From Minisyncoccota bacterium (GTDB lineage: Bacteria > Patescibacteriota > Minisyncoccia > SW-4-49-11), in contig JAULZW010000005.1 of NCBI GenBank assembly GCA_032117235.1, positions 31,264-95,263 on the forward strand: a stretch of 64,000 nucleotides of DNA. The letters are read 5' to 3'. Positions 38,217 to 47,421 of the stretch are shown in pieces; the first letter of the stretch is position 1, and every line of letters starts with the position of its first letter. The notes under the pieces were generated by a model. That model was not told the DNA's origin, did no database searches, and was given only the letters and a program-made list of their open reading frames with translations. A program made the position numbers and the translations under genes.

Positions 38217-38609
38217 ATGAAACACAAATTTGTCAAGCATATTGAGGGTTTTTTACTAATTATTTCAGCTATACTAATAGGTGGCAGTGCCTATCTTATT
38301 GGGAATATTAATGCTCTTGAATCTAATCTGAGTGAAATACAGGTTGTTTATCCAGATTCTATTGCTATTAAATCTGATACCAAGATTGAGGAAATTAAGT
38401 CAAATAAAGACATAATTATACCTACTGATAATAAAACTTCTACCATATCTACGGGTAAAATAATAGCTAGTAAAAATGGGAAAAGATATTATTATCAAAA
38501 TTGTGCTGGCATTAATAGGATTAAACTAGAAAATCGTATATACTTTGAAACAAAGGAGCAAGCTGAGTTGAAGGGCTTAACTCTTGCTTCAGGATGTAAA
38601 GAATTATGA
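38217..38609 (+). CDS. membrane-anchored hypothetical protein
   Basis: Start set at the internal MKHKFV. One TM helix. The C-terminal block [41 protein letters not shown] is unassigned. Confidence 0.35.
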   Translation: MKHKFVKHIEGFLLIISAILIGGSAYLIGNINALESNLSEIQVVYPDSIAIKSDTKIEEIKSNKDIIIPTDNKTSTISTGKIIASKNGKRYYYQNCAGINRIKLENRIYFETKEQAELKGLTLASGCKEL

Positions 38610-39436
38610 GAAAAACTTATATACCAAAAACATATCATAGAAATAAACATATAGTTTCTAATTCTAAATCTAGAAATTTAACTATAGCTTTGTTAAAATT
38701 TACAATGTGCATATTAATTATAGGTGGAATTGTGTATCTATTCTATTCGTCAATTTTGAATACAATTCGTTTTGAAGTTAGAGTAGAAGGTGAGGTATTA
38801 AGAGATGATATTATCTCTAGCACACAAAATTTTGTAGAAGATAAAACTTATTGGTGGTATAATAATAAGAATATACTTCTATTAAGAGTCAATAATTTGG
38901 AAAAAGACTTATTACAAAAATTTCCACAAATTAAAAATATTGAAATTAAAAGAAATTTATTTGATAGAATTATAAATCTAAATATTACTCTTAGAACTCC
39001 GACTTTTTATAGTTGCTATGATGAAATATGTTATAATGTGGGGGAGGATGGTTTCAATATGGGTGTTAGTTCGAGTTTAGATGGGAATCTAATTGAAATA
39101 AAAGGACTGTCTACTCAAAAAGTTGGAGAAACTGTTCTCTCAGAAAGAGAGATGAGTTGGCTAAAAAATATTTTGCAAGAATATAATAAAATAGATAATA
39201 TTAAAATTACTTCCTTTGATATTCAGCAAAAAGCGGAAGATAAAGATAGTATAGTCAGTATTTTTGTATATACAGAAAAAGGATATTATATTATGCTAGA
39301 TTTAGATACAGATGTAAGTTATCAGGCACAAGTATTAAAGCAAATATTTATCTCTCAAATTCCTTTAGAGAAGCAAAACTCATTGGAATATATTGATTTG
39401 AGGATAAAAGATAGAGCTTACTATAAATTTAAATAA
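38606..39436 (+). CDS. FtsQ/DivIB-like cell-division protein (TM + POTRA)
   Basis: Cytoplasmic basic N-terminus, a single TM helix, then a POTRA-like IRFEVRVEGEVLRDD...NIEIKRNLFDRIINLNI. Confidence 0.45.
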   Translation: MRKTYIPKTYHRNKHIVSNSKSRNLTIALLKFTMCILIIGGIVYLFYSSILNTIRFEVRVEGEVLRDDIISSTQNFVEDKTYWWYNNKNILLLRVNNLEKDLLQKFPQIKNIEIKRNLFDRIINLNITLRTPTFYSCYDEICYNVGEDGFNMGVSSSLDGNLIEIKGLSTQKVGETVLSEREMSWLKNILQEYNKIDNIKITSFDIQQKAEDKDSIVSIFVYTEKGYYIMLDLDTDVSYQAQVLKQIFISQIPLEKQNSLEYIDLRIKDRAYYKFK

Positions 39437-39439
39437 TCT

Positions 39440-41230
39440 ATGTTTAATAAATTAGTTCAATTTTATAATAGAACTCCATTGTGGATTTTTGTTTTATGTA
39501 TAACTCTCGCTTTAGGAGTTTTGGCTTTTTGGTCTAGTTTTGGGGACTCTTTAACAGTAGATGAAAGCCCACATATTGTAGCAGGTTATTCTTATGTGGT
39601 TGAAGGAGATTATCGTTTAAATCCAGAGCATCCACCGTTGCTAAAATTATTATCGGGGATATCTATTTGGATAGGAGATAAATTAACTTCTCAAGATATA
39701 TATTTTCCTAACAATATTCCATCTTGGACTGAAAAAGTAAATGCTCAGTGGGATATGGGATATGCTTTTTTATTTAAATCTGGTAATGATGCCAATACTG
39801 TGATCTGGTGGGCTAGATTACCTACTATTCTAATATTATTATTGGGAGTTATATACATTGCTTACTCAGTTAATTATCATACAAATAGTAAAAATATTGC
39901 TATTATTAGTAGTATTTTATATGCATTTTCACCCAATGTAATTGCTCATGGCAGATTAGTTACTACTGATTTAATTGCAAGCCTTGCTTTTTTAGTTGTA
40001 ATAGATTTCTGGATCAGATACCTTAAACATCCTAATTGGAAGCATATTTTTTATTTAACATTATCTATAGGATTTGCTTTTCTATCGAAATTCTCTACTA
40101 TATTATTAATTCCACTACTCTTCTTAACAGGGATTAGTTATATATTTATAAAATATTGGCAAGATAAAAAATTACTTTCTAAAAACTTTATTTTAATACG
40201 GGACTTTATAATTATTGGTCTTGGGGTTTTTTTCATAATAAATTTATTTTATTTTATTACAATGCGAAATATGAGTATAGATACTCAGCTTGTTTTGATT
40301 AAAGAATCTTTTCCTCAAGAAAATCAAATTTCCGATTTAACTAAACAAACATTATCTCAGATTATTCAAACTCCAGGTCTCAGATACTTCGGACACTATC
40401 TTTTAGGTCAGGCTATGGTTGTTCAGAGAGTGGGAGGTGGAAACACAACCTTTTTGTTGGGTGAGTTTACAAATAAAAGTTTTATCGAATATTTCCCATT
40501 GTCATACTTGCTAAAAGAGAATTTAGTCATTATTTTAAGTTTAATTACTATATCATTAACTTTTATTGGTGGATTAATTTATGCATTTAAGGCAAAGAAT
40601 ATTAATCTAAAGTCTAAAATTCTTGATAACTGGTATATTGTTACAATTGTTACTATGATAATAATATACTGGATAATTAGTATTAAAGGTAATCTAAATC
40701 TAGGGATTAGACATATTTTGCCAGCTGTTATTTTAACTTATATTGTGATTGCATTTGGAATTGTAAAATTATTAATCCCACTTAAATTTTCCAGATTGAT
40801 ATTAAGTATATTTCTATCTTGGTATGTAGTAAGCACAATATTGACATATCCAAATTATATTTCGAATTTGAATATATTGGCTGGGCAAAATCAAGGTTAT
40901 CAAATTTTCACAGACTCTAATCTAGATTGGGGACAGGATTTAAAAAGATTAAGTAATTGGACTAAACAGAAAAATATTGATACACTATATATAGATTACT
41001 TTGGCACTGGGGATGTAAATTATTACTTGCCTGATACTAGAATTATCCCAGTAAAATCAACTGATGGACCTCAAATTGGATATACTGCAATTAGTGCTAC
41101 TATGTTTCAGGATTCTTTCTATAATAAGCGTGTTAAACCAGAATATCAAGAATACTGGTGGTTAAAATGGAAAAAACCAGATTATACTATAGGGGATTCA
41201 ATTCTAATTTATTATAACGATAAATATTAA
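39440..41230 (+). CDS. polytopic membrane glycosyltransferase, GT39/GT83 (PMT/ArnT)-like
   Basis: First-loop block SLTVDESPHIVAGYSYVVEGDYRLNPEHPPLLKLL with at least 10 predicted TM helices. Confidence 0.6.
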   Translation: MFNKLVQFYNRTPLWIFVLCITLALGVLAFWSSFGDSLTVDESPHIVAGYSYVVEGDYRLNPEHPPLLKLLSGISIWIGDKLTSQDIYFPNNIPSWTEKVNAQWDMGYAFLFKSGNDANTVIWWARLPTILILLLGVIYIAYSVNYHTNSKNIAIISSILYAFSPNVIAHGRLVTTDLIASLAFLVVIDFWIRYLKHPNWKHIFYLTLSIGFAFLSKFSTILLIPLLFLTGISYIFIKYWQDKKLLSKNFILIRDFIIIGLGVFFIINLFYFITMRNMSIDTQLVLIKESFPQENQISDLTKQTLSQIIQTPGLRYFGHYLLGQAMVVQRVGGGNTTFLLGEFTNKSFIEYFPLSYLLKENLVIILSLITISLTFIGGLIYAFKAKNINLKSKILDNWYIVTIVTMIIIYWIISIKGNLNLGIRHILPAVILTYIVIAFGIVKLLIPLKFSRLILSIFLSWYVVSTILTYPNYISNLNILAGQNQGYQIFTDSNLDWGQDLKRLSNWTKQKNIDTLYIDYFGTGDVNYYLPDTRIIPVKSTDGPQIGYTAISATMFQDSFYNKRVKPEYQEYWWLKWKKPDYTIGDSILIYYNDKY

Positions 41231-41238
41231 ACAAATTT

Positions 41239-41700
41239 ATGCCAGAAATATACAATAATTCCGAAAATAATACCTCAATAGAACTAAATCGACCTCAATC
41301 AGTAGAAAGTCTTACACCAGAAAATTATGTAGAAAATATTTCAAATAGTGAAACACAAATAGAGCATATAACTCCAATAACTGAGCAATATAAAGCTGAA
41401 CAACATATTAAGCAAGTAGTAGAAACTCAGAAGAACATATATAACAATTCTACTTCTGTTAGCCCTATTTCCCCTAAATTACAAGAAAAATATGGTTGGT
41501 TATTAAATATTCCAGAAGAAAATAGGGTGGAGATATCAGTTAAATTAATTACTACAAAAGGGAAAGATATTTTGGATGTAATTCATGCTTTTTTAGCTAT
41601 AGAAGACTATGTATCTCTAGATAGATTAGAGGAAAATTTGAACTACATATATCCAACTTTAGTAGAAGAAGGTTTGTTACCAGATATAAATAATAAATAA
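41239..41700 (+). CDS. hypothetical protein
   Basis: 153 aa with an Asn/Ser/Glu-rich N-terminus. No motif recognised. Confidence 0.35.
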   Translation: MPEIYNNSENNTSIELNRPQSVESLTPENYVENISNSETQIEHITPITEQYKAEQHIKQVVETQKNIYNNSTSVSPISPKLQEKYGWLLNIPEENRVEISVKLITTKGKDILDVIHAFLAIEDYVSLDRLEENLNYIYPTLVEEGLLPDINNK

Positions 41701-41708
41701 ATACTAAT

Positions 41709-44132
41709 ATGCTAACTTTTTTATATATTATTCTTTTAATTTGGATAATAGCAATGGTATTTATAATTTTTACTGTTATAATTCATCCATTTTGGGAAAA
41801 AAGAAGAGTTAATAGGGGGCTATCTATGACTCAATATCAGATTATTGTGCCAAGAAATATTCCTAATCCCGAAGCTAATATTAAAGATCTTATTAGTATA
41901 ATGGAGCAAGTTTATGCTGGATTTTCTTATCTTAAATTTGAAAGTTTTATTAATAGATTAAAATATGGTAATCCTTATATTTCTCTTGAAATTGTAAGTC
42001 CCACTGAAAGAGATGAAATAAATTTTTATATTGGTGTACCTAAGGGATATGAGTCTATCTTTGAAAAGCAAATTCATGGAGTGTATCCTGAGGCTGAATT
42101 AAAAAAAATTATAGATTATAATGTTTTAGTTCCAGGGTCTGAAGTTAGAGCTGGGTATCTTAAGTTAAAAAAACCTTATATTTTGCCAGTCAGAACTTAT
42201 AAAGAATTAGAAGCTAACCCTCTTAACGTTATTACTTCTGCCTTATCAAAAATTCAAGAAGATGAAAGTGCTGTAGTTCAAATTCTAATTCAAAGAGTAT
42301 CTGATAATTGGATTGATGATGGTAAAAAAGTGGTTAAAAAAATGCAAAAGGGGGAATCATTCAAGAACTCTTATAATGAAGTCTTTGGTAGTATAGATAA
42401 GCATTTTTTGAAAGCATTAGTTGAATTAACTAAATCTAAAAATTCTTCAGAAAATGAGTCTAAAATGCTTTTGCCCCAAGAGTCTATGATGTTGGAAAAA
42501 ATTAGTCAAAAAACTTCAAAAGTAGCATATGCTACTAATATTAGGCTTTTAACTATATCAAAAGATAAGCAGAGAGCAGACATTTTATTTGATCAATTAG
42601 AGGGGGCTTTCTCACAGTTTGCAAACGGAGATCTGAATGAATTTAAGGTGATAAAATATCCTAAACAAAATATTAAGCAATTTATATATACCTTTATTTT
42701 TAGATTATTTGATGAAAAAGAATCTATGATTTTAAATACAGAAGAGTTGACTAGTATATATCATATTCCAGCAGTAGGAGTGGAAACCCCTAAAGTTACT
42801 TGGATTACCTCTAAAACCTCTCATCCACCAGTAGATTTACCAAAAGAAGGCTTGTTGATAGGTAAAAATGTATATCGTGGTGAAGAATCTGAAGTTAGAA
42901 TTAAGCAAGAAGACCGTAGAAGGCATATGTATTTAATCGGGCAAACTGGTACTGGTAAAAGCTCTTTGATGAAAAAAATGATTCAAGAGGATTTGCAAGC
43001 TGGACACGGTTTGGCTTTGTTAGACCCAAATGGAGATTTTGCTGTTGAAGTTTTAGGTATGATACCGCCACATCGTATGGATGATGTAATCTATTTTAAC
43101 CCAGCTGACACAAATTATCCAATGGGACTTAATATTCTAGAAGCTCGTAGTCATGAAGAAAAAGACTTTTTAATTCAAGAAATGATTTCTATTTTCTATA
43201 AATTAGTTTCAGATCCTAGTATGATCGGTCCAATTTTCGAGCATAATATGCGAATGGCAATGTCAGCTTTGATGTCTGATGTAAATAATCCAAGAACTCT
43301 AGTAGAAATTCCTATGATGTTTACTGATGAAAATTTTCGCCGAGAAGTTTTGCTGACGGTTGACGATCCTGTTATTAGGCATTTTTGGGAGAAAGAATTT
43401 CCAGCCACTCAAAAAGGCTCACAAGCAGGAGATACTTTGGGATATCTCTTGAGTAAATTAGGTAGATTTATTGAAAATGAAATGGTTAGAAATATAATTG
43501 GGCAATCAAGGTCATCCTTTGATTTTCAAGACATTATGAATTCAGGTAAAATATTGATTGGAAATTTATCCAAAGGAGGGTTGGGTGAGCAAAATAGTAA
43601 CTTGTTAGGTATGTTATTAGTCTCCAAATTACAGATGGCAGCCTTTAAGCGAAATGAAATTCCAGAAGAACAGAGAGTAGATTTTTATCTATATTTGGAT
43701 GAGTTTCAAAACTTTACTACAGACAGTATTTCAACTATTTTGTCTGAGGCTCGTAAATATAGATTATGTTTGATTTTAGCTCATCAATATATAGGACAAT
43801 TATCTGATGGAATTCGTAATGCTGTCTTTGGAAATGTAGGGACGGTAGGGAGTTTTCGCATTAGCTCTGACGATGCTGAAATTATAGCTCAAAGAATGCA
43901 ACCATATTATACGGCTGAGGATTTAGTTTTAATAGATAACTTAAAGGCAGTTATAACATTGATGATTAATGGAAAAACTAGTAAAGCCTTTAATCTGGAA
44001 GTTATTTTTGCTGATAGGTCAAATTTAGCTTTGCAACAACAAGTAATAATGCAGTCAAGACAAAAATATGCCAATCCAGTAGCTGCAGTCAGGGCTGATA
44101 TTGAAAGTCGCACTCATAGTATGTTACAATAG
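41709..44132 (+). CDS. membrane-anchored P-loop ATPase of the VirB4/VirD4 (type IV secretion) superfamily, VirB3-VirB4-fusion-like
   Basis: N-terminal TM helix. Walker A YLIGQTGTGKSS near aa 410, Walker B DFYLYLDEFQNF and the C-terminal block EARKYRLCLILAHQYIGQL. 807 aa. Confidence 0.5.
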   Translation: MLTFLYIILLIWIIAMVFIIFTVIIHPFWEKRRVNRGLSMTQYQIIVPRNIPNPEANIKDLISIMEQVYAGFSYLKFESFINRLKYGNPYISLEIVSPTERDEINFYIGVPKGYESIFEKQIHGVYPEAELKKIIDYNVLVPGSEVRAGYLKLKKPYILPVRTYKELEANPLNVITSALSKIQEDESAVVQILIQRVSDNWIDDGKKVVKKMQKGESFKNSYNEVFGSIDKHFLKALVELTKSKNSSENESKMLLPQESMMLEKISQKTSKVAYATNIRLLTISKDKQRADILFDQLEGAFSQFANGDLNEFKVIKYPKQNIKQFIYTFIFRLFDEKESMILNTEELTSIYHIPAVGVETPKVTWITSKTSHPPVDLPKEGLLIGKNVYRGEESEVRIKQEDRRRHMYLIGQTGTGKSSLMKKMIQEDLQAGHGLALLDPNGDFAVEVLGMIPPHRMDDVIYFNPADTNYPMGLNILEARSHEEKDFLIQEMISIFYKLVSDPSMIGPIFEHNMRMAMSALMSDVNNPRTLVEIPMMFTDENFRREVLLTVDDPVIRHFWEKEFPATQKGSQAGDTLGYLLSKLGRFIENEMVRNIIGQSRSSFDFQDIMNSGKILIGNLSKGGLGEQNSNLLGMLLVSKLQMAAFKRNEIPEEQRVDFYLYLDEFQNFTTDSISTILSEARKYRLCLILAHQYIGQLSDGIRNAVFGNVGTVGSFRISSDDAEIIAQRMQPYYTAEDLVLIDNLKAVITLMINGKTSKAFNLEVIFADRSNLALQQQVIMQSRQKYANPVAAVRADIESRTHSMLQ

Positions 44133-44287
44133 ATAATATTAGAGACATAGTGGACAAAATATTTAACTTATTAATATTCTGTTTTATTTTGCCAATAAGT
44201 TCCACAATATAAAACTAAAACTTATGATTTCACTTCTTTTCCTAATCCAGTCAATATTTTGCGCCATTCTCTGCGCGTTTATGGTGT

Positions 44288-44708
44288 AATGCTTGTCTTA
44301 GTACCATCTACCTTCTTTCTTTTTCCAGATTTGTCACGCTGGTATCCATACAATGTCGCTTATGAACATATGTTTACTGTTATTTTTTTCGCGTGGGGTT
44401 TGTATTTGTATCTCGCAGCAAATAATCCCTCTGCAAACATCGGCCTCATCAACTTCACTGCCTTGCAAGGCCTGCTACACGGTGGGGTGATGTTTGTTCA
44501 CGTGTTTATGGGGATGCATCACAGCTATTGGCATCTTGTGGGGGATGTGCCTTTTCATCTTTCTATGTTTTTTGTGTTAGGCTATCTTCGTAACTACTCA
44601 CCAATAGCTACTGATGAGGTTATAACCTCTAGAGCGAGGCTCTGGACAATAGTGATATTTTCCAGTATTGCAGTACTTGTGGTGTACACTGTGTTTATTC
44701 GCTTGTAG
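44288..44708 (+). CDS. hypothetical polytopic membrane protein in a GC-rich patch
   Basis: About 43% GC with GCG/CGC codons. 3-4 TM helices. Start uncertain: the ORF track uses TTG at 44259, and the first in-frame ATG is at 44288. Confidence 0.35.
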
Positions 44709-44979
44709 GAAATCTTTTAGAAATATGAATGCAGTAGCATTATGTAACATATCCTATAGTTAGTTGCTAAACTTTATCCGATTTTTAATGAAATGTTTTT
44801 ACTGTAAAATGGGGTTTATATTACAATTAGAACCCCTCTAAAAAATCTCTCCATTATTAAAGCTTTAAATATTTATTAGATGTTGATTAATTCATATTTA
44901 TCTTTAAAGAATAAGTTATTTATTAGAAATATAGGAGTTATATGATATACTTAATAATATATTGATATTAATAAATATT

Positions 44980-45957
44980 ATGAGCAATATTTGTCTTACA
45001 GGAATTCAGCCTACAGGAAAATTACATATTGGTAATTATTTTGGTGCTATGCAACCAATTTTAGAGTTATCTAAACAAACTGAATTTGATAAAATTTTAG
45101 TCTTTGTAGCTAATTTACATTCTCTTAATAGTATTAAAGATGGAGATACTCTTAGAACTTATACTAAAGATATAGCATTAGATTATCTAGCATTAGATTT
45201 AGATCTAGCTAAAACAAGTCTATTTTTACAATCAGACATTAAACCACTTACTGAACTAACTTGGATATTAAATAATTTAGTTACAGTGGCTTATTTGGAG
45301 AGATCCCATGCTTATAAAGATGCTTTAGATAATGGCAAAGAATCTAATATGGGATTGTTTAACTATCCAATTTTGATGGCGGCAGATATTCTGCTATATC
45401 AATCTAATGTAGTTCCAGTCGGACAAGATCAAAAACAACATATTGAAATTGCTCAGGCTATAGCCAAAAAATTCAATTCCCAATACGGTAAAACCTTTAA
45501 TATTCCCAAACCCTATATTCAATCTAACACATCTATAGTGAAAGGATTAGATGGACGCAAAATGAGTAAATCTTACAAGAATACTATTGAAATTTTTGAG
45601 CCAGCCGACTCAATCCGAGCTAAAGTAATGAAAATCACCACCGACTCCAAAGCTCCCAATGAACCAAAAGATCCAGACAACTGTAATATAGTGGCAATTT
45701 ATAGATTATTAGCTAATCCAGCAGATTTAACTATAATGGAAAATAAATATAGGGAAGGTAAGATTTCTTATAAAGAAGCTAAAGAAATATTGGCAGAGAC
45801 AATCTTAGAATATTTTCAACCTATGCGAAATCGTCGTCAGGAATTATCTCAAAATCCAGAATATGTAGCTGAAATTCTAGCTAAAGGAGCAAAAGAAGCT
45901 AATTTAATAGCTGAAAAAACTATTAAACAAGTTAGAGAACTTGTAGGTATAAGTTGA
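44980..45957 (+). CDS. trpS: tryptophanyl-tRNA synthetase
   Basis: Class I motifs QPTGKLHIGNYFGA (HIGH) and KMSKS. Start taken at MSNICLTG. Confidence 0.9.
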   Translation: MSNICLTGIQPTGKLHIGNYFGAMQPILELSKQTEFDKILVFVANLHSLNSIKDGDTLRTYTKDIALDYLALDLDLAKTSLFLQSDIKPLTELTWILNNLVTVAYLERSHAYKDALDNGKESNMGLFNYPILMAADILLYQSNVVPVGQDQKQHIEIAQAIAKKFNSQYGKTFNIPKPYIQSNTSIVKGLDGRKMSKSYKNTIEIFEPADSIRAKVMKITTDSKAPNEPKDPDNCNIVAIYRLLANPADLTIMENKYREGKISYKEAKEILAETILEYFQPMRNRRQELSQNPEYVAEILAKGAKEANLIAEKTIKQVRELVGIS

Positions 45958-46033
45958 TATATTGTTCTTCTTGCTTAAAATTTAAATTTATGATATAATT
46001 AAATTAATTATAAAAATAATATAAATATAAACA

Positions 46034-47416
46034 ATGGTAACTATTCAATTTTGTGGAGGAGCGGGCTCAGTAACAGGTGCTAATTATGTTATAGATAACG
46101 GCAGAATTAGATTTGTAGTTGATTGTGGTCTCATACAAGGAAATAAAGAAGCGGATGAATTGAATTATGTTCCCTTTGTGTATGACCCAAAGAATATTGA
46201 CTTTATGATAGCTACACATACACATATAGATCATATAGGTCGTATTCCAAAATTAGTAAAAGAAGGTTTTAGAGGAGAAATATATTCTACATATCCTACC
46301 CAAGAATTTTCTGAGATATCCCTAAGAGACACCGTTTCTATTATGGAGCATGACCATACTCAATTGCCTTTATTTAGTAATATGGATGTTGATCAAGCCG
46401 TGTCTCAGTGGAGAGGGCGAGAATATCATGAAATATATGAAATTAATGAAAGTATTTCATTCAGATTTCAGGATGCGGGCCATATTTTGGGTTCTGCTAT
46501 TACTGAAGTTTGGGTTCTTAATCCAGAAAATGGAAAGAGAGTTAAGCTTGTCTTCTCTGGTGATTTAGGAAATGTACCATCTGTTTTATTGCGAAAATAT
46601 GATTATATTCAAGAGGCTGATTATGTTATTGTAGAGTCTTGTTATGGAGATAGGATTCATCAAAAATTATCTGAGAGAAAAGCTATCTTAAAGCAAGCTA
46701 TCAAGGATACTATTGAAAGAAAATCGGTTTTGATTATGCCTACTTTTTCTATCGAGAGAACTCAAGATATTTTGTACGAATTAAATGATATTATAGAAAA
46801 TCATTCAGGCGATGGACTACAAAGAGGCAAAGTAGGTAAAATTGATGTTTATCTAGACTCTCCTTTGGCTATTAAAGCCACTAATATCCATGCTAAATAT
46901 ACCCAATATTATAATCAAGAGGCAAAACAGTTAGCTAAAAAAGATAAAATATTTGACTTTCCATTTTTAACTTTAACCGAAAGTAGAGAAGATTCTATGA
47001 AGATAAATAGCCAGCCTCAACCTAAGATGATAATGGCTGGTTCTGGTATGTCTACAGGAGGTAGAGTATTGTATCATGAAGAAAGATATTTATCCAACCC
47101 AAATAATATTATACTTTTTGTTGGTTATCAGGCTCCCTATACTTTGGGTAGAAGAATTCTAGAAGGTGAAAGCTCAGTTTATATACATAATCATACAATA
47201 GAAAATAGAATAGAGGTTAGAAGGGTAGAAGGTTACTCAGCGCATGCCGACCAAGAAATGTTATTAGATTGGATTTCTAATATTAAAAATTCCAAAAATA
47301 TATTTGTAGTTCAAGGGGAGCAAGAAGCATCACAAACTTTAGCTAATGCAATCAAGGACAATTTACATCTGCAAGCACAAGTACCCACAGAAAATGAAAT
47401 AGTTATCTTAAATTAA
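46034..47416 (+). CDS. MBL-fold beta-CASP ribonuclease (RNase J/CPSF-like)
   Basis: Metallo-beta-lactamase motif HTHIDHIG, downstream beta-CASP His/Asp residues and a C-terminal EGYSAHAD. Confidence 0.75.
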   Translation: MVTIQFCGGAGSVTGANYVIDNGRIRFVVDCGLIQGNKEADELNYVPFVYDPKNIDFMIATHTHIDHIGRIPKLVKEGFRGEIYSTYPTQEFSEISLRDTVSIMEHDHTQLPLFSNMDVDQAVSQWRGREYHEIYEINESISFRFQDAGHILGSAITEVWVLNPENGKRVKLVFSGDLGNVPSVLLRKYDYIQEADYVIVESCYGDRIHQKLSERKAILKQAIKDTIERKSVLIMPTFSIERTQDILYELNDIIENHSGDGLQRGKVGKIDVYLDSPLAIKATNIHAKYTQYYNQEAKQLAKKDKIFDFPFLTLTESREDSMKINSQPQPKMIMAGSGMSTGGRVLYHEERYLSNPNNIILFVGYQAPYTLGRRILEGESSVYIHNHTIENRIEVRRVEGYSAHADQEMLLDWISNIKNSKNIFVVQGEQEASQTLANAIKDNLHLQAQVPTENEIVILN

Positions 47417-47421
47417 TAATT

